DNA from: the human T2T-CHM13v2.0 reference genome, Homo sapiens
NCBI RefSeq assembly: GCF_009914755.1
Contig: NC_060926.1
Reading direction: 5' to 3' (one strand)
Length of the DNA: 64,000 nt
In this document: positions 1 to 14,039 of the stretch, one piece after another
Numbering within the stretch: the first letter of the stretch is position 1
Layout: each line of letters opens with the position of its first letter
The notes under the pieces: generated by a model
Seen by the model: the letters and a program-made list of their open reading frames with translations, nothing else
Databases searched by the model: none
Told to the model about the DNA's origin: nothing
Program-made: the position numbers and the translations under genes

Positions 1-1119
1 AGCAGCTTCATCTAGATGCTCAATGTCTACTGCCAGGACCCCAAAAACAGACGTTATTATTCCCATATTACACACAAAGATGCATATTTAAAGTTTGCCC
101 CAAAGCATAGTTTACTAAGGGATGGATGGAGAATTCTAATCCAAGTCTTTCATATTCAAAAACCTATGCATTTTCTTCAACCTGTACCTGCATGTGTGGA
201 AACATAATATTGTAATGCCATTTTAATACTCACTACAAGTATAGAACTTAAAGGGACTTAAAAATACCAATGATGAAAATCTAGTAAATAGCGGTGCATG
301 TTGCAGTCTCTGTGGCAGATAGATTGCAAACCGAAATTTGGGAACCAAAAGGAAGGGAAAAGAACTTTAATAAATTTTATAATACACATGAACATTCAAT
401 ATGATAAACACAAAGATTTATTAGCATGCTATGAAATAGTCAAAACAGATTTTAGGAGCTCAGGTTGTGTTTTTCTTGTTCCTTTCCTTTTTTTTTTATA
501 GGAGACACTTTTGAAATACATCCCGATTTTGCAATATATGCCTTTGCATTAAACAAATTACCTAAATACTGGGATACAGCACAAAATAGAAATTTTATTA
601 ACTTTTTTTGCTGACTTGATTCAATTTGACATAAAATATTAAAAATGGTGAAAGCATCTGAATTAAATTCATGAAGAGATCCCAATACTTAAGTAGAGAG
701 GTTTTTTTTTTTAATGCTCTAACTGCACATTCTACAAGTCAAAATAGGTCTTTGAGGACCTATAATGTGTTGATCTCCTTAAAGCTATTTCAAGAGACCA
801 GAACTGTTTTATATAGGTAACTTGAAGTATTAGGTAAAGTGGATCCCCCAAAATGAAATTAAATGGATCAAGTGGAGATTGGCCAAGATAGTTTCTATGG
901 GAGGTTCCATTTAATTCACAACACAACATGATTCTGAGCATGTCTTTATGGACTAATAAGAAACATTAGTTATGTAAAAGATAAATGCTTTTGTTATAGA
1001 TTTTATGAAAAGTTCTATTTCTCATAGACAAAATATGCTTTGAAACTCTAAGTCACATCAAACCTACAGTTCAATCCTTATTACACTGTGTATATATAAT
1101 AGCTATTCATGTTACAATT

Positions 1120-1245
1120 AACGCAAGGTATGCTTGAGACAGTCCTGGCGGGTGTCCGTTTTATTTAATCTGTGGTAATGATGCTCTATTTTGCTCTCAA
1201 AATTGTTCTGGTTTGCAAGATAAAGTACATGAATAATTCAATTGA
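1120..1245. mobile_element. Degenerate MER94-like hAT-Blackjack MITE
   Basis: Segments tgcttgagacagtcctgg and ctctcaaaattgttctggtttgcaagataaa resemble the MER94 consensus as recalled; termini are eroded. Confidence 0.45.
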
Positions 1246-1509
1246 AAATGATATGTGGACCACCTTGCCAATTACAAGGAAAAAACCAAATATTGAACAG
1301 GGAAACTAAGGTATCTCAAATGCCAAAAACAGAGCATCATCAAGAGTTTAATGTGATTCTTTTGAACATAATGTTACTTCCTAAAATAGAAGAAGGAAGC
1401 TTAAGTACGTAAGCATGCTCTTATCTTCCTTTCTTAAGGATGAAGTGATCTTCCACCTGCCCCATCCAACTGTATGCTTGATTTGTGGTAGGTGGTGTAT
1501 ATTAGTGAT

Positions 1510-1690
1510 TGAGGTATGAACATCAGCGTCATGACAATCTAGGTTTAAATACAAACGTTGATATCCCACAGCTGTGTGAACTTGGACCCGTTAACCTTTC
1601 TAAGCATCACTTTCTCATCTGACAGTTGAGAATAGTATCTTCCCTCTAAAACTGCCTATAGATAGAATTCCATAAATGAGAGATAACACC
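1510..1690. mobile_element. MIR SINE fragment
   Basis: MIR core-like gctgtgtgaacttgg...aacctttctaagcatcactttctcatctg. Confidence 0.65.
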
Positions 1691-2659
1691 ATTTTAATAG
1701 TCACAGGCATCACCATTATTGTCAGCATCATCTGATTCCCTCCAACACTTACAAAACTGTTTTCTTATCACTTTTCTCTAAGTCAACTATTTTCCCATCA
1801 TATCTTGCTCTTTGGTTACTTTCTGTCTAAACCCAAACAAAGCAAACAGAAAAAAAAAACTAATCTAATGGACTTTAGTCATTCTCTATGACCAGCAAAA
1901 CAACTTTAGAAGACAGTCTTCCCTTATTCCTCCTTTTTCTCAATTTTTTATCCACTACAATTTGGTTTCCACTTTTTTCGCTACAATAAAACTGTCCTTC
2001 AAAGAGGAATTGAATTTCCTACAACATGTATAAGCTGCAGTTCAAAATTCTAGGCATATCCTACAAGGTGAGCTGTCACAGTTCAGAAAGTGCTTTTCTA
2101 TAAATTAGAAAAAGCTGGCCCCCCTTAAATTAAAAAATAAGGATGTTTATATTGCACAACCTAATCAAGAATATGAAACCACTCTTAGGAATTAAGTGGA
2201 GACACTGCTGTGTAAAACACCATCTTGGCTGGGCCAGGACCTGTCCAGGGGAGCGTTCCAGGGTCCTGAGAGGCAGGAGCCAGGAACACACATACAAAGG
2301 TATCCATACACGCTCCTGTTTCCATACTCCTTGGAAGCCAAGAAGCATATCCCTCAGCAACCCTAACATTCCATACCCACCACTATACCTTGCTCTACAG
2401 ATGAGATAACGATGTCAAGTTTGGGGGTAGAGATAACAGGCCCTCCAAGAGTGGCAGTGGGAAAAAGAAACCTTAGTGCATGTCAGGGAAAAAACCCAGC
2501 ATTATGCACATATGTGTGCCAGTGTATGTTTTCATGCATGTTTCTCTGAGCTGATGCATGACTAGCCTCAACTGCTCCAGGTTAGTATCTATCCGCTGTG
2601 TGAATGCAGTTTCTTAGTTATGACACATTTATATAATCAACAACCTGAATAGCCATACA

Positions 2660-3170
2660 GAGTGGCCCCAAGGTTCTCCATAACCTGGGCTCTAACTATC
2701 ATTGTATCCATTTTTCCCATCACCCACTGTCTTGAAATTTATGCTCTAGTATTACTAAGCTGCTGTAACTTCAGTTTTTAATGAGACAATTTAACAGTCC
2801 CATGTCTTCACTCATGCGTCTCCCTCCCTTAGCAATTCCTTCACTCCTTTTCTTTACATGCATATGTTCTTCTTTATTTCAAGGATCAAACCCAGGAAGA
2901 ATCTGCTGTAGAAACTCTTCTTTGAAGCTCACACACATACACTCACACACTTAATGGAGCAGGCCAATTCCTTAGGTTCCTCTTCTGTGCTCCATTGCAT
3001 CTTGTTTCTATTTCTACACGATGTTTACTTTATTAATTTAAAATTATCTGTTTATGCATGCCTCCCCAAACTAGTTCTCATGCTATTTTGATAGTGAAAA
3101 TGTCTTAGTTATTTTTATACTCTAGACTTCAGCACCGTTATTGTCACAGGGTAGATGATGAATAAGAATG
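2660..3170. mobile_element. L2 LINE 3' remnant
   Basis: Pyrimidine-rich L2-like text ending cagcaccgttattgtcacagggtagatgatgaataagaatg. Confidence 0.5.
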
Positions 3171-3324
3171 TAATGATACAAACTAAAGAGACAGTATGGA
3201 ATGATACTCCAAGTCCGGCTACTTTGTAAATTGATCTCAATTGATGAGTACTGGATAAAAAACTAATTGTAGCATGTTAAAAAAACCCTGGGTACTGGAT
3301 AAATGCTTTTTCTATTTTTTTGTA

Positions 3325-4410
3325 AACACTTTAAAAATAGAAGTCTAACATAAATATAAAAAAGTGCACAAATCTTAATTTGTACAGCTTGATGCATTGC
3401 CACAGGTGACCTTGCCATGGCCTTCACTACCAGATAAGGATATAAAATATCACAAACACCATAATATCCTCTTTCATGCCTACTTCCTATCTGTTCCTCC
3501 AACAGTAACCATTCTTCTGATAACACCAGAGTTTAATTTTGGCTATTTTTTATTTCATATACATGGAATCATACAGTATATGTTATTTTGTGTCTGGCTT
3601 CCTTCACTCAACATTTTCTTTGTGACATTTAGTCAGGTTGTGATCCAGTCATTCACACTGCTACATAGAATTCCACCCTATGATTATGCTACAATGTATC
3701 CATTGTACTCTTGATGGGAATTTTGTTTGTTGGCAATTTTTGACTATTATGAATAGAACTGCTATGGTTATTCTAGTATATGTCTTTTGATAAATATATG
3801 GTCCTCATTCCAATGAGTATATTCCTTGGAATTGAAATCCTTATTAGAGAGTATTCATATGTTGAGATTTAGTAGATGCTGCAAAACCATTTTCCAAAGC
3901 AGTGGTACAGACTTACACTCCTATCAGCAGTAAATGAGAGTTATAGTATCTCTATATGCTAACTCTTAAGATTGTCACTTGATTCTTTTTAAGTAAATTT
4001 AATTTTTTTGAGAAGTTTTAGGTTCACAGAAAAATTGAGTGCAAGGTGTAGAGATATCTTCTCTACCCACTACTACCACATATGAGCAGCCTCTCCTACT
4101 GTCAAAATCCTACGGAGTGGTAAGTGTTACAATTAATGTTGTCAGTTAATTTTTAATTTATTTATTCTGTTGTGCATGTTTCTCACTATTATTTAATTTG
4201 AATTTTTCTGATGATTATGTTGAGCACCATTTTATGTTGTTTTTTTCATCACTGGATATCTTCTTTTTTGACATGCCTATTCAAGTTTTTTGCTCAAATT
4301 GTTCATTGGGTGATTGTTTTTTCCCCATATTTATTTGTAGAAATTATTCAAATAATTTGGATATGACCCTTTTTTGAATAAATGTATTGAAAATATTTTC
4401 TCCAATTTCC
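3325..4410 (-). mobile_element. Old L1M 3' region, with a second small L1 3' fragment nested at about 3990-4135
   Basis: Antisense L1M motifs atggaatcatacagtatatg...tgtgtctggcttccttcactcaacat and ttttccaaagcagtggtac; nested tttaggttcacagaaaaattgag. Confidence 0.75.
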
Positions 4411-4981
4411 ACATATTTATTGTATAATCCAAAATATCTGGATTATCTGTAGGCTATTTCTGTTGTATGTGCTTTGTCGTCTTTTTTCCTACATCATTTG
4501 ATCCTGCTTTCTTGTATAGCTAATCATTCTTCATTGAATGCTGTACACTAAGTATAATATATTTTTATATATTTGTGACACTGGACAGCTGTTATCTTCC
4601 TCAAGGGAAGGTTTAATTTTCTTCTAAACAGAAGATAAAAAATAAGCAAATCACTTTGATTTTTAGAAAGCTGGTGTATTTCTGTTTTGCCTTTTTCTCC
4701 TAGAGGATAGCTCTTCTGGGATTTTAATTGAATGCCTGGGGTGTTTACCAGAGCTATCTCCCTCAGCAGGCTATCTGCTCCAATTTTTGTCTCCCCAGCA
4801 CCATGAAACTGGTAAATTCTCTGCTTACATGTTTAGCCTCTTAGCAGTTGTTCACTGCTTGGCTTCTCTGTGTCTTGTCCTAAGCATGTGTAACCAAGGA
4901 GTACAGCCTCGAGAAGAAATTGCATGCAGAACTTTGGCTCACTTTTTACTTGTCCTCTTTTCTGTAGGATCTTGTCTTTTT

Positions 4982-5118
4982 CTTTTTTTTTTTTTTTTTT
5001 TTTTTTTTGAGATGGAGTGTCGTTCTTGTTGTCCAGGCTGGAGTGCAGTGGCGCGATCTGGGCTCACTGCAATGTCCGCCTTCCGGTTTCAAGCGCTTCT
5101 CCTGCCTCAGCCTCCCGA
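4982..5118 (-). mobile_element. 5'-truncated Alu (right arm only) with 16-bp target site duplication
   Basis: Poly-T then antisense right-arm sequence; AGGATCTTGTCTTTTT at 4966-4981 and 5119-5134; TT/AAAA L1 endonuclease site on the minus strand. Confidence 0.95.
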
Positions 5119-5619
5119 AGGATCTTGTCTTTTTAAAAACCTAGCTATTTGGTAAACCTGCACTAATTTTTAATCTCCCTAGCTCAGTGAAACACCTGCA
5201 ATTTCTAGGGCCCTACAGTGTGTTCAGCCTCTACGTCTCATGCAGAAAATCAGCAAATCCTCAAAGGGAAGACGGAGAAAATGGAGGACTCTCCTTATTA
5301 TGTATGATACCTTCATGACGATTAAGAAGGTAAACAATACCTAATATTTGTATACATTAAAGGCAAAGAAATTAAAAACATAAAAGAAGAAGGTGCTTGA
5401 TGTGTTTAAAATTGAAGCATAACAAAATATAAGTGAAAACTTTCTATCCAGTATGCCCTTTTCTTAACTCAGGCTGCCTAAATTCTTTCCAGCATTTAAG
5501 ACTCATATCAAACGACACTTCCTCCATTATTTCATCCCAGATCCCACTAGGCAATTTTGGACATTCTATTCTTCCTGTCCATTATTATTCTATTTATGGC
5601 CTAGGAAACAAGGGTGAGT

Positions 5620-6360
5620 CCCCTCAAGGTACACACATCCCCCATCTTCTAAATCATACTCTGCCTACTCTAGACCACAGAATTCTCAGCCCAACAGCCC
5701 CAAGGTTATTCTAGGATTTGTGTGGCCCCTTAATATGAATCTATCTCAGTGGAGGGGTATAAATAGCCATCAGAGTGTATGCCAGTGGGTTCCAAATTTG
5801 GCCAATGGGTGAATGTTTGTAGGCAAGGTTGACATGTTAAATACAGGATGCCTAGCTAAATTTGAATTTTGGTTAAACAACAAAATATTGCAAGGAACAT
5901 ACTTATAATAAAAAATTTGTTTTGTGTCTGAAAATCATATTTTACTGGGGATCCTGTCTTTTTATTTGTTAAATCTGGTAATCTTATTTGCAAGGGATAA
6001 CAACAATGACAGTTTTGTCTACCACGGGCACTGAAGGCCCCTTGTATTATAGGAGCAATATAGGAGTGGAAAGAAGAGTCGGCCAGGCTTGGAGCTAGGA
6101 CTCAAGAGTGGAGACATCAGGGACCGAGCGCAGGGTCTTCCTGAGTACCCACGTTCTGAATCAAAGTCAAAGAAGTCTGAGCATTCTGACTTTGAATCTG
6201 GTCCTCCAGGTTGTTAGAGAAATGTCTGTCAGGATATGAGGCTACACCATATTTAAATTAGCTTGATTTATAAATTTTAAGCATAAAAAGTCTAGATATA
6301 TGGTATGTGAGCCTCCATTTGGTACTTTTGCCCAGGTCCTGGAAATGTTGGAGCAGGGCT
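5620..6360. mobile_element. hAT-Tip100 DNA transposon remnant (MER115/Zaphod-like), interrupted by MER53
   Basis: Terminus ggtatgtgagcctccatttggtacttttgcccaggtcctggaaatgttggagcagggc resembles the recalled family end; left boundary uncertain. Confidence 0.45.
5824..5986. mobile_element. MER53 palindromic hAT MITE
   Basis: aaatacaggatgcctagctaaatttgaattt ... ttttatttgttaaatctggtaatctta. Confidence 0.8.
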
Positions 6361-6624
6361 CTTGCTTCTATTATAGGTCTTAATCCATATTAACTGTGTG
6401 TTCATTAATCTCCATATTCAGCTCAGTTTTCCTTACTCAATCATATGGAAACATTAAGCTCCTTCAGGGCAGAAAATGGCACTCTCTTTTTCCTGTTTGC
6501 TGACATGCCTAGCATTTTACAAATAAGGACAGTGAAGGCAGGAAAATAAAGTACTGAAACATACTGATCAAGTGTTAATGGCCCGATTTGAAGAGGAAAG
6601 TGTAAAGTAGATCCTGGAGTAATT

Positions 6625-6785
6625 TTATGCATCACTTCTGTGCCTCAGTTATCTGATCTGTAAAATCAGAATAATAAACAGAACCTCCTCATTGGCTATT
6701 AAAAAGATTAAATGGGTTAAAATATGTAAAGCAATGAGAAAGTTACTTGGAACTTGTTTAGCAGAGGATAAATGTTAGTTATTTT
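6625..6785. mobile_element. MIR SINE fragment
   Basis: cttctgtgcctcagttatctgatctgtaaaatcagaataataa ... gattaaatgggttaaaatatgtaaagca. Confidence 0.75.
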
Positions 6786-7218
6786 TGAATCTCTGGCCTT
6801 AGGAAGTCATACAGACCTCCTGCTTGGATAGTCCTGACCTGTTATATAGCTTCTATTGTCAAAAATGTCGATAACTCAAATTCATTCTTGTTCTTTTCCA
6901 TGTCTCTTTCTGGAGAAGTCTGGAATTCCTTAGCTGGGACTCTTATAATGTTCACCAAGACCTCAAAAACATTTTTGTTTTGTTTCATTTTTCACTTCGA
7001 GAGAAAGAATTGCCTGAAAGCAAGTTAGAGGCAGAAAGTGTCCTAGCAAGAAAAACAAGGAAGTTTGAAAAGTTTGCACCACAGTGGCATAGGTAGGGAT
7101 TGCCACAAAGAAGACTGAAAATAGGAAATATGCCTGCTTCATTGAAGAAAATCACTTGCTACCCTAGGCTGTGTTCTTGCTTATACTAGCTGTAGATGGA
7201 TATCCTAATGGGTTTCTA

Positions 7219-7506
7219 TTTTTTTTTGAGATGGAGTCTTGCTCTCTCCCAGGCTGGAGTGCGGTGGCCCGAGCTCGGCTCACTGCAACCTCCAACTTTC
7301 GGGCTCACGCCATTCTCCTGCCTCAGCCTCCCGAGTAGCTGGGACTAAAGGCACCTGCCACCACGTCCAGCTAATTTTTTATATTTTTAGTAGAGACAGG
7401 GTTTCACCATGTTAGCCAGGATGGTCTCGATCTCCTGACCTCGTGATCCGCCCACCTTGGCATCCCAAAGTGCTGGGATTACAGGCGTGAGCCACCGCGC
7501 CTGGCG
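7219..7506 (-). mobile_element. Full-length Alu (AluSc8/AluY-like)
   Basis: Dimeric antisense Alu with diagnostics gccattctcctg and ttagccaggatggtctcgatctcctgacctcgtgatcc. Confidence 0.95.
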
Positions 7507-8131
7507 GATTTCTTTATACTTTAATTATAGCAGATGTCTAAACAGATAAAGCACTTATTTAAAGAGACATATAGAAATTACTCTTCAATAGTTCACCGAA
7601 AAAAGACACTGTTTAAAAACCATTGGGTTGCTGTTCTCTGCCATGGTCTGAGCCTCCTCACTTGGTTGATGTCTAGAGAAACCCAAGCTTTGTTCTTATC
7701 TAGTTTTCTGTCAATCAAGAGGGTTCTTTGACCCTGGTAACCATCAACCAAACTCCCTGAGGTTGTACTATATTGCAGATTGGAGTTATACTGAGAACAC
7801 TACCCCTAGGACATTTTTCTTTTCTAAAGGCTGCTTCCCTCCTCATGCACAGCACCATGTTATAAGTTGAGCAATGGGAATGGGAGATAAAAGAGGGTAA
7901 ACAATCGTCTTTGCCCTCAAGGACATTATTGTCTAATTGAAGTCTTAAAATATTTATACCTGAAAACAATTTCAGCTAAAATAGAAGGTTTTGTGTAGTC
8001 AGTGTTCAGTGTCATAAAATAGTAGTATAGAAAGTATTAACGATAATGATAATGATAGTAATACATAACGAAGTTTAACATTTGAACATTTATAACATGC
8101 GAAGCATTTTGCATGGATCATGGGAAAGAAA

Positions 8132-8572
8132 TGTGTGTTAGCTTCCTAGGGTTGCCATAACAAATTACCACAAACTGGATGGCTTAAGGCAACAAAACTG
8201 CATTTTTTTTTCTTCACAGTTCTGGGGGCAGACATTTGAAAATCAAGGAGCCAGTAAGTCCATGCTCCTGAAAGCTCTAGGAAAGAATTGTTTCTTGACT
8301 CTTCTCAGCTTCTGGTGACTCCTGCAACCCTTGGCATTCCCTGGCTTGCAGCTGCACCACTCCCATCTCTGCGTTAGATATTATGCATCAGGCATCCTTT
8401 TCCCACGTGTCTGTGTGTCCTTTCCTCAGTCATGGTACTTAGGGCCCACCCTATTCTAGTATGACCTCATCCTAACTAATTACATCTGCAACAACCCTAT
8501 TTCCAAATAAGGGAATATTCTGAGGTTCCAATTGAACATCAATCTTGTAGAGACACTATTCAACCCACCACA
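8132..8572 (-). mobile_element. MLT1B/C-type MaLR solo LTR
   Basis: tgtgttagcttcctagggttgccataacaaattaccacaaact ... gacactattcaacccaccaca. Confidence 0.85.
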
Positions 8573-8749
8573 AGTTAGAAACAGCCTAATTAGGACAAAC
8601 ATTATAACCTGGTTATGAAGATATGGATCTTGAAACATATAGGTAGAGGATTGTCTGGATATCCATCCAACAAACACTTACTGAGCAAATACTTGGTGCC
8701 AGGACCTGTTCCAGGAGCGAAGGAAAGTTCAACACTCAGGCTGCATCAG

Positions 8750-9175
8750 TATGTATTAGGCATGCCTTCATAAAAATGAAAAACGACAAATATACCCAGG
8801 CTTAAATAAGATGGAAGTTTACTTTTTTCTCTCTTTTAAGTAAAAATGTTCTCCGAGTAGGCTGTTCAGGAAAGGAATAGGGGCTCTGCAGCTCCCTCTA
8901 TGAACCTATCTCTTGGTATCATCTTCACAGGTGGAACAATCCAGAATGGCAGGGAGTTCCTGTAATCCAGAAGCAGAAAGGAGCAGGAGATAGAGGAGTC
9001 ACTTTCTGAACTAAGTCCATCTTCTTGCATACTTTTGCCATAGCACTTCCCTTTTATAATTTAGTCACATCACCATATATAACTACAAAGAAAAGCTGGG
9101 TGCACTGCATTCCTGAAATATATACACCAGGATTCTGTTACTAAGAAGAAAGGGAAGAATGGATGTTAGAACTCT
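8750..9175. mobile_element. Old MLT1-type LTR remnant
   Basis: ggcttaaataagatggaagtttac and aggattctgttactaagaagaaagggaagaatggat. Confidence 0.5.
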
Positions 9176-9237
9176 GCTTTTCAGTCTTGACCTCAAAAAA
9201 CTCAAGAGTCCATTTGGGAAAGACATAGATTAATAGA

Positions 9238-9743
9238 TATGTTAGTTTTCTACTGCTGCTGTAACAAATTATCACAAACTTTGTGTCTTAAGACAAATTT
9301 ATTATCTTACAGTTCTGCAGGTTGGAATTCTGAAATGGGTCTCATGGAGCTAAAATAAAGATGTCCACAGACCTGTGTTTTTCCTGAAGGCTCTAGGGGA
9401 GAATCTGTTTCATTTCTTTTTAGGCTTCTGGAAGCTGCCTGCATTCCTTGCCTCATGGCCCCTTCCTCAATCTTTGAAGCCAGCAAAGTTGCATCTCCCT
9501 GAAAATTTTGTTGTCACATCCCCTTCTGACTCTGAATTCAGATGGAAAAGGCTTTTCTCTTTTAAGAACCCATATGATTAGACTGAGTTCACCTGGATTA
9601 TGCAGATATTCTCCCCATCTCAAAGCACTTCTGCAAGGTGCATCTGCAAAGTCCCTTTTGCCATCTAATGTTAACGTATACACACATTCTACGAATTAGA
9701 ACATGGATATCTTTTTGGGGGGCACTTTTCATCACAATACACA
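9238..9743 (-). mobile_element. MLT1C/D-type MaLR solo LTR
   Basis: tgttagttttctactgctgctgtaacaaattatcacaaact ... catctgcaaagtcccttttgccat ... ggatatctttttgggggg. Confidence 0.85.
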
Positions 9744-11529
9744 GTTAAAATCTTGTATGATAGATACAACAATAAAGTAAGCACAGGTTGATATACAAAA
9801 ACAAAAAAGGAGCCCTGTTTCATCAATGAGCATGATTTGTTTGGGGAGAAATATTCCATGTGCAGAATGAAGGCTTCACACAAGGATTCAGAAGAAATTT
9901 ATACATAAAGGAAAGAGAAGGAAAAATTAAGTAGGTTCTTAAATGTCAGGCCTAGGCAATGGATTAACTTGTATGCAGTGGGAAAGTATAGGTAATTCTT
10001 GATTGAAGGAGTGACTTGACAAGACTGGTGATTTAGAAAAAAAAATCTGCTAAAGTGAGTAAAAAAGAGAGCAGTAACAGATTAAGAGGTTGCTTCAAGG
10101 ATTTATGTTTAAATGAGGAGATTTTTCTTTTAGGCTAGAGATGGAAAAGAATGGAGGCTTTTTTAAGAAAGGAGATAATAGATAAGAAACGTGAAGGCAA
10201 GTCAAAATTGATTCTGAGGTTTTACACGTGAGTGAGAAAGAGAATGGCAGAGAGAAATAGCTTACAAAGTGAGGAAAGCAACTTGGTATATCAAATAAAT
10301 GGTTTTTTTTTAGTAAAATTAATCTTTGTCTACTAAGCTTTATATTAAAGGACAGTTAGATACCTTTGTATGAAAAAGGCAAACCCTCCATTATTTGAGT
10401 CTAAATGAGAATAATTATGATATTTTGCATCTTTGTTATTTGGGCTTCTTTGGCTTAGAATATTGGGCTGTCTGCTTTATTATTCCCTAAAAATGAGCCT
10501 TACCATCAACAAAAAAGATATACCAAGGCCCTGTCAGCAGACATAGCCCATGAACATACTGAAACCCTCATTAGGTACTCATGGAAAAAAATGCAAGTAA
10601 AGCCAAAAATAATTGCAAATCTGGCCTGTGAAATAAGACAATACATGGGTGGAATAATCGTCTAGGCTACCATTAAAATAGTTGGTTTTATTATCTACAG
10701 TGTATTCTTTAAAAAGTCAACTTCCAGGAGCATTTGCATCAGGGACCAATCACAAATTCTTTATTTGATAAGCTCTTGAGAAAAATTACTTGTTTTATAC
10801 TACAGTTTGTGAAATCTATGTATTATTTGTTATGCTTCCAGAAAGAATTTTTGTACAATGAAATTTTAGTCATTTTGAAGTTGATACCTTCAGGATCATC
10901 CTAAAAACATATTGGGGCTGTTAGGCTTTAAAGTTCATGTGGGCTTCCAGACACAACACATTTAAGGGAACATGCCTAAGAGTATCACTAAAAGTTGATA
11001 CACAAAGATTGCTTTTAGTCTCTCTACCAACCACAGCATAAGCCAGGACAGCGATTCTCTTAACAACCTCTCTTCTTCCCCAACATTATGGCAGATTAGC
11101 TTATGGCTTTGTTATTGGAAGGGCCCAGGGTGGTGCATAGGAAAACTGTTGAAAGAGCCAGAAAGGAGATGTTTGTGGTATAGAGGAAGGGAGTGAAATG
11201 CCTAGAGGAGGAAAAATGGAACAACCAAACCACCCAGGCATGTTGGTGAGTACGTCTGAGACATTCATCAAGGACTTCTAAAATAATTGAGAAGCAGCTG
11301 GCATGTAACTAAAGTCAATTTATACAGATATAGGCATATGACCTATCACCTTTACTGTGAAGTCATTTATACTCTTAGGCTAATGCACTATGAGAAAATT
11401 ATATATTTGTCCACAGATGACAACACACACACATAATAAATGGCAAATATTATTTTGAATTATGTGTTTAAGGAAAGCTATGTATGATCTTTTGAATGTG
11501 CGAGCCAAGCTCTCCTTTGGCTTCTTTCA

Positions 11530-11765
11530 TACTTTAAAGTGAGGGCTCTAGGGGCAGACATTGCTGCTTCAACTACAGCTTCTCTATTAGAAGCATAAAT
11601 TTGGGCAGATTATTCAACTTCTCTAAGCCTCATTCTTTTTATTTTTAAAATAGAAATAATAAAAATATGATACACAAAAGGTTTTTGTGAGAATTTAAAG
11701 AGATAATACATGTAAAACATTTAATAGAGGCTTGAAAGATAGTACTCAACAAATTGTAAAAATTT
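11530..11765. mobile_element. MIR SINE
   Basis: ttgggcagattattcaacttctctaagcctca ... tgtgagaatttaaagagataatacatgtaaaaca. Confidence 0.75.
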
Positions 11766-12909
11766 ATGACATAAAAACTTAAAACAAGGTTTACCAAAAA
11801 AGATTATTCCACCTACCCCACTCCCATTAGAGAGAGAGAGACACACACACACAGAAGTGGAGAGATAGAGACAAACATAAAAATATTAAGAATACATTTC
11901 CATTTTCATATGGCTGCATTATTTAACTCAAATTAAATATACCCTCACATTCTAACATTCACCACGAAGCTGAAAGCCGGGAGACTGCAGATTTGGAGCT
12001 CAGTGAAAAATGGGTTTGCTGTCAGTGCAAATGAGTATTTACCAGCCAATGTCTCTGGTAGCCCTATGGCAGGTGGCATACAGGGGGTAAATATTGGTTT
12101 TACCTTCTAAAACCAGAGACTCGAATTACATACCAATAATTCACATATTTTAAATGAGTAGATTAATTAATTATAAAGCTTAGAAGTCAAGCTATCCATT
12201 AGTTTAAATTGCTGTCATATGAACTCTATTAGAGCTGAGAGATTCTAACAAGACTTCTTTTTTTTTTTTAAGTTACAATGAAGAGACTAATGACCACCTG
12301 AGGACAGATTATCCATTCCGGCTCTTAAATATTAGACAATTTCCCACTGGTCAAGAAGATGAGAGTGAGCATTTTATTTTTATGATTAGTGTCACATTCT
12401 GGGTTCAATGTTCTCTCAGTGTTGGGAACCACATAATCCCATTACAATAAATTACTTTCACTTTTAATGAAGCACTAAAAATTGGTACCTAATGATCAAT
12501 GAACTATTCCAAAAAGTGAAGCCAAAGTCCTTTATCTTTGGTCATATAAAGAAATACTTTCACTGGAGGGATCCAAATGCAATGCTATAAAGAGTTTGGA
12601 GATGCTAATGAGCTAAAACATGAGGGATTCACTATATGGAGGCATGGATTGAGAGCTGGTAAGAGTCTCAAAAAATTGCACAGCCCAGTTCCTGCCTTCA
12701 AGGAGGAAACCATCAGAGACTTACTCAACTTGGGGAAAACTCCAGTGTGATCTTGTAGGGCTTCTCCTTCTGTCTATTCTCAGGGAGTGAATTGTGATGA
12801 ATCTTGGGGATAAGAAGAGGCATCTGTTATGACAGATGAAAATAGTGTAAGACTCTCAATTCTTCCCATGGGAAGAACCCTGGAGACAGACCATCAACCC
12901 ATCAAGGTG

Positions 12910-13170
12910 TTTTGTCTTTTCTTTCTTTCTTTATTTGGAGATGGAGTCTTGCTCTGTCACCCAGGCTGGAGTGCAGTGGCGCAGCCTCAGCCTCTTGAGT
13001 AGCTAGGACTATAGCCGTGTGCTACCATGTCCAGCTAATTTTTGTATTTTAGTAGAGACAGGTTTTCACCATGTTGGCCAGGCTGGTCTTGAACTCCTGA
13101 CCTCAAGTGATCTGCCTGCCTCGGCCTCACAAAGTGCTGGGATTACAGGCATGAACCACGTGGCTTGGCC
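12910..13170 (-). mobile_element. AluS with an internal deletion in the right arm
   Basis: gtgcagtggcgca is joined directly to gcctcagcctc; flanking tcaaggtg repeat looks like a TSD. Confidence 0.9.
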
Positions 13171-13287
13171 CTCAAGGTGCTCTTTCTGATTCAGAAAACG
13201 TGTAATTATACAAGGAGCTTTTTTTTTTTGCCCCTCTGACATCCAATCACACCTTTTTTCAGGTTGGTACTCTAATACCCCTTTCTG

Positions 13288-13415
13288 GTTGATTGACCAT
13301 ACATTCCTGTTACCCAGAGATCATTCAGGTTTAATCCTGTTGTTCCTGCAATAAATAGTGTCCCTTTCACACTCAAAAGTGTACTTGTTTGAATAATAAA
13401 TTATACAGTCACCCT
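13288..13415. mobile_element. MER94 hAT-Blackjack MITE
   Basis: ccctttcacactcaaaagtgtacttgtttgaataataaattatacagtcacccta matches the recalled MER94 end. Confidence 0.7.
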
Positions 13416-14039
13416 ATATTTACCGTACTTCACTATTTGTAGTCTCGTTGAAAGGGAAACTTATGTCCCAGTGTCTTCTCACCCCTTGATGCCTCCTACT
13501 TATGGCTGCATTAAAACAGAGGTGGGCATGAAATACAAGCATAGGTGATCAGACACACACTCCCAGAATTCTGGATCTTGGTTGAGTGACACGAAGTTGG
13601 AAGATTCAACTGATCAGATTTATCACAGTCAGAATGAAGAAGTATAAGATCGTAGCAGTGCTGAGCTGTGGCCTTGACTGTAATTCTGACAGCTTACCCT
13701 CTCAAGTTCACTGTGCTACTGCCTGTTATTCATATCTGGTCACAGGTGTCAGTTCTGGAAGAACCTACTTCTTCTCCAATAACACCTCCACCCCACCCCA
13801 TCCCTCACTTTTTTTTCCCTTAAACAGTTTATATTGCTTACAGAGTAGAATTTGCAGTTGCAGTCAGCTAGAGGAAGTCAAGAAAGTATTAGTCCCCACA
13901 AAGGTAGCTAAGCAAGCAAAGAATATATACAATGCTTGTCCTCGTACAGCTAACACACATTGGAAGGAATAGAAAACAATCCATATAATAAGTAATTTAT
14001 ATATTATATTAAAGTAGATAAGAGATTGAAAAATACAGA

